DNA of 64,000 nt from a virus, in IMG/VR virus record IMGVR_UViG_3300021405_000012, positions 3,855-67,854 of that record, one strand, 5' to 3'. The position numbers and the translations under genes are program-made. Numbering within the stretch: position 1 is the stretch's first letter; every line of letters begins with the position of its first letter. Below are positions 24,601 to 33,753 of this stretch, in pieces. Under the pieces are notes generated by a model, which was not told the origin of the DNA, did no database searches, and saw only the letters and a list, made by a program, of their open reading frames with translations.

Positions 24601-25195
24601 CATTGACTCCCGATATCCCGGCATTCGAGGCGAGAAACCAGCGCCGCGCGTTGCCCGAAGTGCGTACCAGGTCGCCGGCAAAATAGTTTGTCGCCGGCAG
24701 CCACAGCGCTCCCGGAGCGTTTTGCGAAACAGGAGTGAAGTTGCCGGTGGGGCCATCGAGCACCATGGGCAGAGCCAGGCCGTTGAACATATCGGTGATC
24801 GTCATGTACTCGCGGTTGAAGGCTTGTGCGGCCATCAGGTGGCTCGAGCCGGGCAGGGCGAAGGGTGGCGTCAGGGGAACCAGGGTGCCTGAGCCTGCGG
24901 GCGATTCTTTGAGCAGGATGCCAGTCCCGCCGGCGCCCCCGGTCGAGAGCCACACCAGCGGAATCTGCTTGGCGTAGGCGCCCAGCACATTCAGGCACTC
25001 CATGCCAGTGATGTCGGCCGGAGTCGCGTAGCTCATGGTGTTCTTGCGGCCAAAGCGGCAAGCCACACTTTCAGCGCGAAACCGGGCGTTACGCGCTCTG
25101 AGCGCCAAACCGTTAGGGATTTGAGTCGGATCGTCCCAATCCGATTCGCCGCCCCAGCGCGTAATCTTCCAGGGAGTGAGCCCAGATGTGTTCAA
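21620..25195 (-). CDS. Tail nozzle/head-closure-like protein with inserted beta domains
   Basis: N-terminal GGESDWDDPTQIP..ALRARN.RF; C-terminal propeller-like region; three internal repeats of the IT/VT..L..G..V..LDG type and a WxPxTxYxxGDLV motif. Confidence 0.65.
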   Translation of the reverse strand: MNTSGLTPWKITRWGGESDWDDPTQIPNGLALRARNARFRAESVACRFGRKNTMSYATPADITGMECLNVLGAYAKQIPLVWLSTGGAGGTGILLKESPAGSGTLVPLTPPFALPGSSHLMAAQAFNREYMTITDMFNGLALPMVLDGPTGNFTPVSQNAPGALWLPATNYFAGDLVRTSGNARRWFLASNAGISGVNEPNWPTFDGYFQGTAFTASFVVDNAGPNQISWTEWTPGITAYVPAPEAPEQILSIKGEAGAPGGTIGNGLDVYVAIAYENANGESIWTVPIVYSNTAANDVLEVFFQKNGEVPGPVVPATYGAAGYGGPRMPSWLASIFFPLVGGTPAVDPSTDPLIAWPAAFACMNVYVASVAHSAAAPTTYKLYAAAQSPGAPVIITAISGTGAHTQLTVSTAPLTGLLFLGESGKRNLVVLRDDYNDSLSPADPGAVLSAQFLGSFSANITAIARNGAGLVTAELDDITQLAVGQELFVANASDATLDGGAFALLSIVPSVLPAGAVTWQTSTMSGTTGSAQGTITTVPGPPPVVVLPPGYNDALDVVALTVAGAGTAGPFTWIPEAIPAAIFSTVVTSCTAANGGITLNVKDPSGISLGDIVILGSIPAPLNNLDGVQFGVAAITGNTVLLADITTSTGSVTNINGTLTVQQVLPTAQPPSAFNLTIANITALRLLANGQVIATVDDASFVAPGMRIAAFSTGDATLDRQIGELQTVTPALVGNGGVVTWQSTILGAPFTGTAGVLIGAPGIILNFDDNTLADSGADSGDVTSQLTAIGAPKSIDIAFSESQNRVVYTPGGASTHYFSNIGDAENIQSPDGILAVNDNDGYPTICFREMQNGELLSLKENGGFAITPSDLPPAQWGVGNRWRKRGPVGPDACKVAKDFMILFSRRTGPYRYFEGELTWIGHEKQATWDTVNWDASREVSIEIDEDNHRVFFLLPLNGATTCNTVMCLDYSMGWQDPLIVMLDGSVKPNRYSRRWSTWPLACRKVRYMQRTLAVKVDPRINKFQPLFGIAAGTLNLAASLVQMEVPDSYQDDSFTGGAAVGIDFQYLPAFARSMPAAGQSPATGAGILSWEMVTGRARGNGAMVMTQTTDDPTFGVAATKVPSVALTVPVGKTAGTPIKFAKSLGEVMEKELFSLNFNNAAVAGSWAELHEITIWSKEKYPCRPAESSGV

Positions 25196-25219
25196 TGGAG
25201 GCTCGCGGGATTACGGCCG

Positions 25220-25621
25220 CTAGTCGCGCTTCAGCGGGGTGATGATCTCGAACATGATATCGGTCAGCTGTAATCCCGCCGGCATCGCTCCAGCCGCCAG
25301 TTCCTGCGTGCTCTGGAAGATGGTGAGCACGTAATTCTTCAGCGTGGGGGCGACCGCGTTCTGCGAGATGTAGATCTGGTAGCCCGCCAGGTCCGCGGGC
25401 AGGATGTCGTCGGTTGCCGGGATCGAATTCGGGGAGCTTGCGACTCCTCCAAACTTGCCTTTCTGGATTTTCTGCGGGTTCGCCATGGTGGTGAAGTCCA
25501 CCGGGAAGCCGCCATTCGCGTTCTGCACGTAGTTTCCCGCGCCTAACTGGATGGCGATCCAGCGAGTCGCGTGGTTACGGCTTAGATCCTTGCGCTTGAG
25601 GGTGATGCTCGAAACTGACAT
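25220..25621 (-). CDS. Hypothetical structural protein
   Basis: GGAGG RBS; beta-rich; within morphogenesis cluster. Confidence 0.65.
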   Translation of the reverse strand: MSVSSITLKRKDLSRNHATRWIAIQLGAGNYVQNANGGFPVDFTTMANPQKIQKGKFGGVASSPNSIPATDDILPADLAGYQIYISQNAVAPTLKNYVLTIFQSTQELAAGAMPAGLQLTDIMFEIITPLKRD

Positions 25622-25761
25622 GGTGGCCTCCGGTAGAAAAACTCAGGTAAAATGAAATCGCCGCGTGAAGCTCGATCCAATCATGCGGTGAGTGTTGCTC
25701 AGAACGCAGACACGGACGCGCGTATAAACTGCCGATTCACCAAATGAAGGCGCGCCCGTTG

Positions 25762-26490
25762 TTATCCGGTCGGGATGCGGAAGCTGTTCGGGCCTTGCCG
25801 CATGCCGCTGCGCCGTCCCCCCAGCCGCTGCCGCTGGCCGTGCTTAGGCTTGATCTGGTTGTTCTCGAAATTCGCCTTCGAGCGCCCTAGCTCTTCTTTC
25901 CAGGACACGGCTTCCGCCGAAGCTGCCCCGCCACGGCTTTTCGCAATCGACCAGCAAATCCAGTAGACGAGGATGTTGACGACGCCGCGAATCGGCTGGT
26001 TGGGGGAATCGGCATCGAGGTTCGCGGGCAAAGCCTGAAAGCGCACCCGGAGATCGACCACCGACTGCGACGGGCTGATGAAGATGATTCCATCGCGCCA
26101 CTCCCAGCTTTCAACATCCATCGCATCCGAGGCGACTGCCGCGCCCGGCAGTCCGGTGCCAGTGTCGGTATCGAGCACTTTTGCGACTGGGTCGACCACC
26201 TCCCAGTCCTGCTGGTTTTCGCCACTCAGCCGCCATTCGATGGTGATGGGCATCGTCATGCAGGCGAGCGGCCCGCCAATCACCTGAAAGCTCGACAGGT
26301 CGGTGGTATTGGCCGCGACCGCCGGCAGGATGACCACCTGGGTATCGAAGTTCAGGTCGAGTGATTCGAGTTCCTGCTCGAGATCGTCATTCTTGATGGC
26401 GAGCACCTGGCAGATGAAGTCCGCATCCGTCCAGGTCGCTCCAAAGTCGCGCAGTTCCCACTGCACGCGCTTGATGATGAGAGGAACCAC
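25762..26490 (-). CDS. Putative head-tail adaptor
   Basis: N-terminal IIKRVQWELRD..WTDADF helix pattern; position upstream of nozzle. Confidence 0.55.
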   Translation of the reverse strand: MVPLIIKRVQWELRDFGATWTDADFICQVLAIKNDDLEQELESLDLNFDTQVVILPAVAANTTDLSSFQVIGGPLACMTMPITIEWRLSGENQQDWEVVDPVAKVLDTDTGTGLPGAAVASDAMDVESWEWRDGIIFISPSQSVVDLRVRFQALPANLDADSPNQPIRGVVNILVYWICWSIAKSRGGAASAEAVSWKEELGRSKANFENNQIKPKHGQRQRLGGRRSGMRQGPNSFRIPTG

Positions 26491-26496
26491 GGCTAT

Positions 26497-26925
26497 TTAG
26501 TTGGCGTTCGGCGATGCTTGCACCGGGCCAGGTACTTGAGGGGGCACTGGCACCTGAGCACAGCCCTCAACCGAGAGTGTGCTCTTTAAGCCTCCGCTGC
26601 CTACAGCTGCCGCTTCGTAATAGAGCGCGGTTGCCCCAGCCGGAATGTTGTTGTCCTGAAAGGCCACTGTTCCGCCGTTTGATATCAGTCCGGTAGCGTA
26701 GGGCGTTGTCCCCTCGGCGCCGGAAGTCGTCGCGCGGTAAAGGTCGTAGCTGACCACTGTCGGCGGCTGCGTGGATGCCGCAAACGATATCTGCACACAG
26801 ATGGCGCCCACGGGCTGGCCGGCGCAGCCCTGAGTGCCGATGGTCGAATTGCAGGTGGTGGCCGCGAAGGCGGCACCGGCGAGCACTAACAACGTGCTCA
26901 GCAGACTAATGATTGTTCGTTTCAT
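26497..26925 (-). CDS. Secreted fibronectin-III-like protein
   Basis: Signal peptide MKRTIISLLSTLLVLAGAAFA; SYDLYR, F.D, YY...AV...G..S..S motifs. Confidence 0.65.
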   Translation of the reverse strand: MKRTIISLLSTLLVLAGAAFAATTCNSTIGTQGCAGQPVGAICVQISFAASTQPPTVVSYDLYRATTSGAEGTTPYATGLISNGGTVAFQDNNIPAGATALYYEAAAVGSGGLKSTLSVEGCAQVPVPPQVPGPVQASPNAN

Positions 26926-26937
26926 CCGCAGTGCTCC

Positions 26938-27978
26938 TCAGTCAGTTTTGGCTTTGACCTTCTTTTCTTCCTTCTCGAATCCAGGCATGTTGGCTGCGGT
27001 CAAAGCCTCTCGGGTAAACATCCCGCCTTTGATCAGGTGCTTGATCTGGGCTTCGGTCAGGCGGCGGAAGGCGAGACCAGCTCCGGGAGTGTCCAACCCG
27101 ATGACATATTTCTCGAAAGCCTCAAAGGCGTCGAAGACGTAGCTGCAAGTGCCATTGGTGCAGCGCACGGCTTTCGGTTTGGCCTCGAACCCGCAGGAAG
27201 GGCACTCGCGCGGCGGGCGCGCATCTTTCCCGGTACGCTTCGCGGTGAACCACTCGGGGTCGGTGGCAATCACTCCCCAGGCGCGGCACATGGTCACAAT
27301 CTTGCGCATGTTGGGAGTGATCTCGGAACGCCGCTGGCCCTTGCGCCAGGACTTGGCTTCGTCGGCGAAGATGTCGTTAGCTTCGTCGAGCTGCTTCATG
27401 TAGTAGGCCAGCTGGTCGGCATGCACCCGCTCGATCGCCTCTTTCACCGTCATGCGGGCGCAGTTTTCCGGCAGATAGGCGTTCTGGGTGGGCACGTAGG
27501 CTTCTTTCCCCAGGCTGTGGTTCGGAGGCTCAACGCCCACGTAGCAGAACATTCCGCCGACGTTATTGCGCATGGAATTGTTGTGCTGGTAGACGTAGTC
27601 GAGCGCCTGCGAAAGCGGCAGCATCTCTTCAAAGGTACGATCACCGGACTCGTTTGGAATGCCGTCCACTTTGTAGTCGGTGAAAGCGTAGATGGCGTAA
27701 GTCAGGTCGCGGCCGTCGAGGGTCTGGATGCGGGGCGCGGTTTCATCGCTCGGCAAGGGCGCTGGCGGAATGCGGAGGTCGTGGTGAACGTAGCCCGAGG
27801 CATGCAGCGGCCAGGGATGGAAGCTGATGAGGGTGATGGGATCCCAGCGGGTCGAGCGCATGCGGCTGTGAATGTGGGCGATGCCGCGCAGTTCCTTGGC
27901 TTCCGAGCGGCTGGTCCAGCGCTTGACTTCGGCGCGGGCGTTACCTTCTTCGATGTGCGGGATTGCGTTAGTTGCCAT
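26938..27978 (-). CDS. Hypothetical protein with C-terminal zinc ribbon
   Basis: CPSCG...C..C; AAGGA RBS. Confidence 0.75.
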   Translation of the reverse strand: MATNAIPHIEEGNARAEVKRWTSRSEAKELRGIAHIHSRMRSTRWDPITLISFHPWPLHASGYVHHDLRIPPAPLPSDETAPRIQTLDGRDLTYAIYAFTDYKVDGIPNESGDRTFEEMLPLSQALDYVYQHNNSMRNNVGGMFCYVGVEPPNHSLGKEAYVPTQNAYLPENCARMTVKEAIERVHADQLAYYMKQLDEANDIFADEAKSWRKGQRRSEITPNMRKIVTMCRAWGVIATDPEWFTAKRTGKDARPPRECPSCGFEAKPKAVRCTNGTCSYVFDAFEAFEKYVIGLDTPGAGLAFRRLTEAQIKHLIKGGMFTREALTAANMPGFEKEEKKVKAKTD

Positions 27979-28121
27979 GGGTTGTCCTTGGTTTTAAGTC
28001 GCGAACGTGAAGCGACTGATTTAGAATTGGTGGGTGATCCTGCTAAAACTGATCTGGGTTAAGCTGCAACTGTGGTACTGGCGTCGCAGATTGCACGCCG
28101 CTGGCGAAGAGAATCGCCGCC

Positions 28122-28475
28122 TCAAGGCCTTATTCCGTAAATCCTGAGCGTTCCCCGCACCAGCGCGGTTTGGCTATAGAAGTCGACGGCGGCTTTCATC
28201 GCGGTATCGCGTTGGCTCTGCTGGTCGGCCTTCTCCGCGCGGCGCCGCCAGTGGATGTAGGCCGTGCCAATCGGCGGAATCACCAGACTCCCAGCCGCGA
28301 AGGGCAAGCTGAGCGCGAAGTGCAGTGGCACCCGCCAGACGGCTTTCTTCCAGTCGCGTTGCACTTTGCAGAGTTGCGGGCCGGTGGTCGCATACGGACC
28401 GGCGTAGGGGCCGCCTTGGGCGGTTGCGACCGCCGAGAGCAGCAGTAGGACGGCGATGGCCTTAGTTGCCAACAT
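28122..28475 (-). CDS. Hypothetical exported/membrane protein
   Basis: AAGGAG RBS; signal-peptide-like N-terminus plus hydrophobic segment. Confidence 0.6.
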   Translation of the reverse strand: MLATKAIAVLLLLSAVATAQGGPYAGPYATTGPQLCKVQRDWKKAVWRVPLHFALSLPFAAGSLVIPPIGTAYIHWRRRAEKADQQSQRDTAMKAAVDFYSQTALVRGTLRIYGIRP

Positions 28476-29334
28476 GCTCCTTGATCCCTGCCCTGTCTGC
28501 GAGCTCCGTGCGCATCTTTCCGGCGGCCAAACTTGAGCCTAAGTAGGGCTTCATGGTGTCGCGAATAAACTGCAACTGCTGCTCACGTTCCTGCTCTTCG
28601 AGCATGCGCATGCGGCGCTGATACTCGCTCAACCGCATGGCCATACGAGCCTCGGGACTGGCTCCGAGCGTCTTCAGGCGATCGCATTCAAGAAACTGGA
28701 TCATGTCTTCGAGCAGGCTGATCGGCGGAACCTTCTCCCAGGAGTCGTAAGTCTGGAATACGCCTTGATGGTTGCGCTCGACACGCTCGCCGGCGATTTC
28801 GTAGGCTCCGCGCTCGGGGTACGGGCCCAGCATCAGGATGGCGGGATTGCCGCGGTAGAGAAACGATTCCCAGACATGCCGCGCCCCAAAGTGTCCCGCC
28901 GGACGCCACATTTGCAGGATCCAGCCGTAGATGGTGGGATAGCGCTTCACTTTCCGCATGCCCACAAAACGGCGGATCGGCTGCGTGGTCGATGGCACCA
29001 TGACCGGCACCTGCGCCTGGATGGTGAGGGGTTTGGTGAATTCCGGGATCTTGATGCGATGAGTTTTGAGCTGGGTGCCAGCAAACACCATTCCACCTTG
29101 CTCTTGCAGCGCGGTGCCTTTCGGCCAGTCGATGAACTCGCCGCCATGCCACTCCATGACGCATTGCGCCAGCACCAGGCGGAAGCGCGGCTCGCCGTGG
29201 GGATTGAGGCCGCCAACCTGGGCCAGGGCGAGCTGGATGGGTTTGGGCGCGTGGCCGTCGCTGATGATGTCGTCACGCTGGATGACGTCTTTCAGGCGGG
29301 CGCGGGCACGGAGCTGGCGGGGCGAGATGGTCAT
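28462..29334 (-). CDS. Hypothetical phage protein
   Basis: Long ORF with GC-rich third positions, coupled to the next gene. Confidence 0.75.
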   Translation of the reverse strand: MTISPRQLRARARLKDVIQRDDIISDGHAPKPIQLALAQVGGLNPHGEPRFRLVLAQCVMEWHGGEFIDWPKGTALQEQGGMVFAGTQLKTHRIKIPEFTKPLTIQAQVPVMVPSTTQPIRRFVGMRKVKRYPTIYGWILQMWRPAGHFGARHVWESFLYRGNPAILMLGPYPERGAYEIAGERVERNHQGVFQTYDSWEKVPPISLLEDMIQFLECDRLKTLGASPEARMAMRLSEYQRRMRMLEEQEREQQLQFIRDTMKPYLGSSLAAGKMRTELADRAGIKEHVGN

Positions 29335-29442
29335 AAGAGTTGTGGTGATCCCATCGGGAAAGTGTTAAGCTGGACAGAGAAAAGGCCACGCACTGTTGCG
29401 AACAGCGACGTGGCCGACACCGCTCTCACGGGAGGAGAGACG

Positions 29443-30288
29443 ATGCCACCATTCAAGTCTACCAAACGATTGCGCTACGAGTGGCTTGTGGATCAGCTGT
29501 CCAAGCCGCTCACCGATCAGTGCATACTTTGGCCCTTTGAAACTCAAAGAGGCTACGGAACCCTTCACCTGTTGAGTTCGGGGAGACCTAAAGTATTCGC
29601 GCATCGTCTCGCCTACAAACTTCATTACGGAGTCTGGCCGAATCCCTGCGGTCGCCACACCTGCGACGTTTCCCTTTGTTTCAATCCTTTGCATATCGTG
29701 GCCGGTACCGTCGCAGAGAATAACCGCGACATGCTTGACCGAGGACACCATCGCAACCAGTACACCGGCCCGCTTCCGAAACGCCTGCGCTACGCCGTGA
29801 AGCACGGTCGCGAGTTGGACATAACGCTCTACGCTTGGTTGGTCGAAGCGATTAGAAAGCATGGCGACAGTGATGGATGTCTCCTCTGGCCGTGGCCCGT
29901 GAACGCCTCTGGCTTCCCTCGCTTGCGGGATCTCGCGCACAGAAACATTCTCGCCCATCGGCTCGTATTTCGCTTGATTCATGGCAGAGAGGCTGTGCCG
30001 TTCGCCACTCAGACTTGTCAAGACCACACCTGCATCAGCCCGCGTCACATCGCTGAGTCGTCGAAAATCGAAGCGTGGCGAAAGGCTGGCCACAATGGCG
30101 CGAACAATCGCCGTGGCGAGAGAAACGGCTCGGCGAAGCTCGACGCGGAGAAAGTCCGCGAGATCAGGCGCATGTATGCCAGTGGTCACTATTCGCAGCA
30201 GCGAATCGCGGATCAATTTAGCGTTGGACAAAACACGGTGAGCTGCATTTTGCTGAACAAAACGTGGGGCCACGTTAGCGTACCGTGA
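29443..30288 (+). CDS. Free-standing HNH endonuclease (tandem HNH-type repeats + C-terminal HTH)
   Basis: AHRLAY...RHTCD..LCFNP.H...GT..EN..D; second degenerate copy; GERNGSAKL...EIR HTH; GGAGG RBS; opposite strand to neighbours. Confidence 0.85.
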   Translation: MPPFKSTKRLRYEWLVDQLSKPLTDQCILWPFETQRGYGTLHLLSSGRPKVFAHRLAYKLHYGVWPNPCGRHTCDVSLCFNPLHIVAGTVAENNRDMLDRGHHRNQYTGPLPKRLRYAVKHGRELDITLYAWLVEAIRKHGDSDGCLLWPWPVNASGFPRLRDLAHRNILAHRLVFRLIHGREAVPFATQTCQDHTCISPRHIAESSKIEAWRKAGHNGANNRRGERNGSAKLDAEKVREIRRMYASGHYSQQRIADQFSVGQNTVSCILLNKTWGHVSVP

Positions 30289-30311
30289 CCCCAACACGTA
30301 AGTTGTTGATT

Positions 30312-31577
30312 CTATGAGCCAAAAACATGCGCCGCGGGACACGCACAATCCGTGATGACCGCAGTCGCGACCGGATTGTCGCAGTAGAATTGGACCGGGT
30401 TCACATGGGTCGAAGCCAGCTGCGTGGTGGGGCGGCCAGTATTCGGATCCATGTAGTTGTAAACTTTGTTCCCGTTGATCAGCAGCCAATACGGATCGGC
30501 AAACTTCACGCGACCAAAAGCGTCCGGCTGGAGCAAGAACCATGCAGTCTGGTCCGCGTTCTTGCCGGCCTTCACGGAGACGCCGTCGATGGTGATCGAG
30601 CCCTGGAAGAACAGGTCCAAGCCCTTCGCTTCCCCGTTGACCGGATAGAGCTGGCGGTCGTAGCCCAACTCCTTGTAACCCTCGATCTGGGAGTCGTGGG
30701 TGTACCAGAAGGAGCCGACCAGAGCCTCTTCACTCAGGCGGTTCTGGCGGATGATTTTCGCCAAAGCCAACGAGGGAAGCGTGATCTGGTTATTGCCGTT
30801 GTCGAAGCCGGCGGCGTTGGTGAACGGGTTCGAGCGCGGAATCCCGTGCAGGTTGCCGAGCGCGGAGAAGCTGACCATATACTTCAGGCCATTGACTCCG
30901 ATCGGCGCGCCGTCCGTCAGGTTGCCGTAGCGGCAGATATCGAGCGGCTGGGCGCCCGGAACGTCGGCGGTGTTGTAGGTGAACTGCTGTTGCGAGCCCA
31001 CCAGCTGAAAGCGGTTCTGAATAGTCAGCGAGCCGCGCTTGATGTTGGTGGCGGGATTGACAATATCCACCGTCTGGCCTTGCTGGATCAGGCGGGCGCC
31101 GAACGGGGTGGCATTCAAGGTGTAAGTCTTGGTGCCGGGGTTCACCGCGGAAACGGTTGCCAGCGTGCCTTGGCCGTCGGTCTGGAGCAGGGCGTCGGTC
31201 CACTGCTTTTCCATCTCGATGAGGCCATTCAAGGCGCGGGCGACGGCGTTCTCGATCGAAACTTTATCGTCGGCCTTGGCGCCTACCAACTCAATCAATT
31301 CCGTCCAGTTGGTCGAAGAGGCAATCACCGATGGGGTGACCGCTCCCGCCAGCCAGTCGGGCGAGCTGCCGGCCGGCACTACATCGCCGTCCAGGTTCAT
31401 AAAGCGCGAATCGCCGGGCAGCGCATCTTCCATCACCAGACGGAAGGCGCGAGGCGAAACTTGTTGGGCCCGCCCGTTGTTCAGGTGGGTGTAGAGCATC
31501 TTGTCGGTCAGCCACAGTTTCGGAATGCGCGGGCTGATGGCTTCGATATAGAGGTTGGCAGTCGAGGCTGCGTTCAT
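30312..31577 (-). CDS. Major capsid protein
   Basis: 421 aa after portal and scaffold; DGQGTLA, NGL...V, GIPRS motifs seen in podovirus-type capsids; GGAG RBS. Confidence 0.75.
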   Translation of the reverse strand: MNAASTANLYIEAISPRIPKLWLTDKMLYTHLNNGRAQQVSPRAFRLVMEDALPGDSRFMNLDGDVVPAGSSPDWLAGAVTPSVIASSTNWTELIELVGAKADDKVSIENAVARALNGLIEMEKQWTDALLQTDGQGTLATVSAVNPGTKTYTLNATPFGARLIQQGQTVDIVNPATNIKRGSLTIQNRFQLVGSQQQFTYNTADVPGAQPLDICRYGNLTDGAPIGVNGLKYMVSFSALGNLHGIPRSNPFTNAAGFDNGNNQITLPSLALAKIIRQNRLSEEALVGSFWYTHDSQIEGYKELGYDRQLYPVNGEAKGLDLFFQGSITIDGVSVKAGKNADQTAWFLLQPDAFGRVKFADPYWLLINGNKVYNYMDPNTGRPTTQLASTHVNPVQFYCDNPVATAVITDCACPAAHVFGS

Positions 31578-31621
31578 GGGTTGTCTCCGTTAGGTGGGAA
31601 GTGGAAGGGTGGTCCAGTTCC

Positions 31622-33247
31622 TCACGCCGCGCCCTGAGCGGCTTGCTTGAGCTTCACCACTTCAACCAGAAACTCCTGATTGAACTGGGGCGTCCGTCGT
31701 CCCCCATGCCGGGCCAGTACGTTCGCGGTCGCCTGATTGTCGATATCGTCTTCCGACATGACTTTCGGGGCGGCGGCGGCGCTGGTGGCGGCAGAGGTGG
31801 GAGTGGACTTATCGCGGGCGATGGCCGTGTCAATGGCAGTGTGGCGGGCCGCGTTGGCCGCCACCAGATCAACACCATACTCGCCTAACACTTTCTCGGC
31901 GACCGAGGCGAAAATGCCTTCGATGGTGGTGACGTTGAGGGCGGCGAGCGATTTGACTTGCTCGTCTCCCATGCCTCTCGACCAGTAGCCACGCTTGAGC
32001 TGCTGATACTCGCGGTTGGTTTTCAGGGATTCGAATACTCCCTGCCAAATCTCTTTTTCCGCTTTGATCTTCAGCTTATCGCTCAGCGCGGTGCGGTCGA
32101 GTGTTGCACGCATGGTGGGCTGGACGCCCTTCAGCGTGTCATCAAAGATGCGGTCTTCGGTGATCTTTTCGCGTTCGGCTTGGGTGGCGGCATCGCGTTC
32201 CCGCGATTCCTTCACGGTTTTGTCGGCGGCATCCAGGCGCCGCTGCACTTCCGGCGAGATGGTGTCGGTGGTCTTCGCGCCCGGCTTCTGATAGCCCGCC
32301 TGGCGGAAGTCGTTGAGGTAGTCGATGGCGGCTTCGAGGTGGCCGTAGTACTCCTTGTCCTCATCGGAGCCGGCGGCTTTGCCGAGCTGCTGCGCGGCGT
32401 TGCGGATGTAGCCGAGATCGGCATCGCTCGCGAATTGCAGGAAGCGTTGCACGCTGCCATCGGTCTGGAAGGTGCCATCGGCGTTTCTGAGGATCTCGCC
32501 TTTATCGTTGCGCAGCACGGAGAGTGGCAGCATGGTCTCCATGACAAAGCTGTCAAAGTCTTCAAGCTTCTGGATCGACGGAAAACGCTCTTCGATGTCG
32601 TAGAAGTGGCCTGCGCTTTCTTTCATAAACGTGGCCGCTTCGAGGGTGGGGGCGATGGCCTTGTACTGCGCGGTTTCAGCCGCCAGGCGGGCGTTGTGGA
32701 TGAGGGTATCGCCGTCGAGGCCGGCGGCTTTGAGGGCCGCAGCCAGCTCGGGCTTGGCGGCCATGGCTTTGGCAATCTTCTCCGCGGGCAGCGGACCCAG
32801 CTTGTCGAGTGGGTTGACATTCTTCTCCGCGAGTTCGCGGGCCGCTTTTGCTTCCGGGGTCTCGGCGGCACGCTCTGCGGTTTCCCGAGCGGTCTTCGCC
32901 TCGGGGGATTCCGCAGCGCGTTCGCGAGCCAATTTTTGCTCGGGAGTCTCAGCCGCAAGTTCGCGCGCGGCTTTCTCTGCGGCAGTTTGGCCGGGCTTGG
33001 CGGCCTCGGCAGGCTTCGGCAGCTCGACTTCCTCGCCCGCCAGGGCCCGCTTGGCCAGGTCCTCGGGAACTTTGGCGAGTTCGTCTTTGAGGAATTTGAG
33101 GGTTTCCGGCCCGGAGAACGTAGATTCGTCGCGGGTGGTGGTAGTGGTTTCGGTGGAACTGGGGGTAGCTACTGGGGCCGCCGTAGTTTCCGGTGCCGCA
33201 GCCGCTGCCGGAGCGCTTACTTCCGGAGTGATGGCGCTAGTTGCCAT
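31622..33247 (-). CDS. Probable scaffolding protein
   Basis: Between portal and capsid; A/E/T/P-rich N-terminus with E(T/S)PE.K.ARE repeats; helical. Confidence 0.6.
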   Translation of the reverse strand: MATSAITPEVSAPAAAAAPETTAAPVATPSSTETTTTTRDESTFSGPETLKFLKDELAKVPEDLAKRALAGEEVELPKPAEAAKPGQTAAEKAARELAAETPEQKLARERAAESPEAKTARETAERAAETPEAKAARELAEKNVNPLDKLGPLPAEKIAKAMAAKPELAAALKAAGLDGDTLIHNARLAAETAQYKAIAPTLEAATFMKESAGHFYDIEERFPSIQKLEDFDSFVMETMLPLSVLRNDKGEILRNADGTFQTDGSVQRFLQFASDADLGYIRNAAQQLGKAAGSDEDKEYYGHLEAAIDYLNDFRQAGYQKPGAKTTDTISPEVQRRLDAADKTVKESRERDAATQAEREKITEDRIFDDTLKGVQPTMRATLDRTALSDKLKIKAEKEIWQGVFESLKTNREYQQLKRGYWSRGMGDEQVKSLAALNVTTIEGIFASVAEKVLGEYGVDLVAANAARHTAIDTAIARDKSTPTSAATSAAAAPKVMSEDDIDNQATANVLARHGGRRTPQFNQEFLVEVVKLKQAAQGAA

Positions 33248-33316
33248 GATGGTGTACCTTCCTTTGTGTGGAGTTCAAAACTGGTGCTGGCGTGGGTTCA
33301 GTTGCACAATCCCGGA

Positions 33317-33580
33317 ATGATTAGCGAAGAACAACTCGCTAAGGTCGCAGCGCTCTATGCCGAGCATGGCTATCTGGTCGTCGCCCGCGTCGGGACTTGC
33401 GCGATGGGCGAGATCGTCGACAATGTGGCGTGGCAAGACTCGCGTTCACACGTCCCGCAACCGTTCCGTGTCGTCGGCGAGGCGACAAAAGCCGAGTTCC
33501 TGGAGCAGAGTCGCGCCGCCGGCGGCGGCAACGCGATTGGCTGGCCCTACGACAACTTCTACCGTGTTATCACCGACTAG
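33317..33580 (+). CDS. Small hypothetical protein antisense to the head genes
   Basis: MISEEQLAKVAALYAEHGYLV...; CACAAT -10 ends 6 nt before the ATG; GC-rich third positions. Confidence 0.6.
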   Translation: MISEEQLAKVAALYAEHGYLVVARVGTCAMGEIVDNVAWQDSRSHVPQPFRVVGEATKAEFLEQSRAAGGGNAIGWPYDNFYRVITD

Positions 33581-33753
33581 GCTCCCGCCTTCTCTTTCGC
33601 GTCGAAGATGGGATAGACCATCGCCAGCAGCTCCGCGATCGTAAATTTCTCTTTCAGGCTGCGCAGCTCGACGGTGACATCGTGCTGACCGAAGAGGCCC
33701 ACAGTGACCTTCATCACACTGCCGTCGGGCGCTTGATATTCCACATCTGCCAT
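33577..33753 (-). CDS. Small hypothetical protein (58 aa)
   Basis: Manual translation MADVEYQAPDGSVMKVTVGLFG...; TGATG coupling to the portal stop and GAGGAG RBS. Confidence 0.6.
   Translation of the reverse strand: MADVEYQAPDGSVMKVTVGLFGQHDVTVELRSLKEKFTIAELLAMVYPIFDAKEKAGA

Noticed and set aside
28765-29442. N-terminal extension of the 507-aa HNH ORF
   Set aside because: Overlaps the 28462-29334 gene antisense; a GGAGG RBS supports the start at 29443
32830-32990. Tandem repeats in the scaffold gene as a CRISPR or DGR element
   Set aside because: In-frame degenerate peptide repeats (E(T/S)PE.K.ARE); no spacers, cas genes or reverse transcriptase seen
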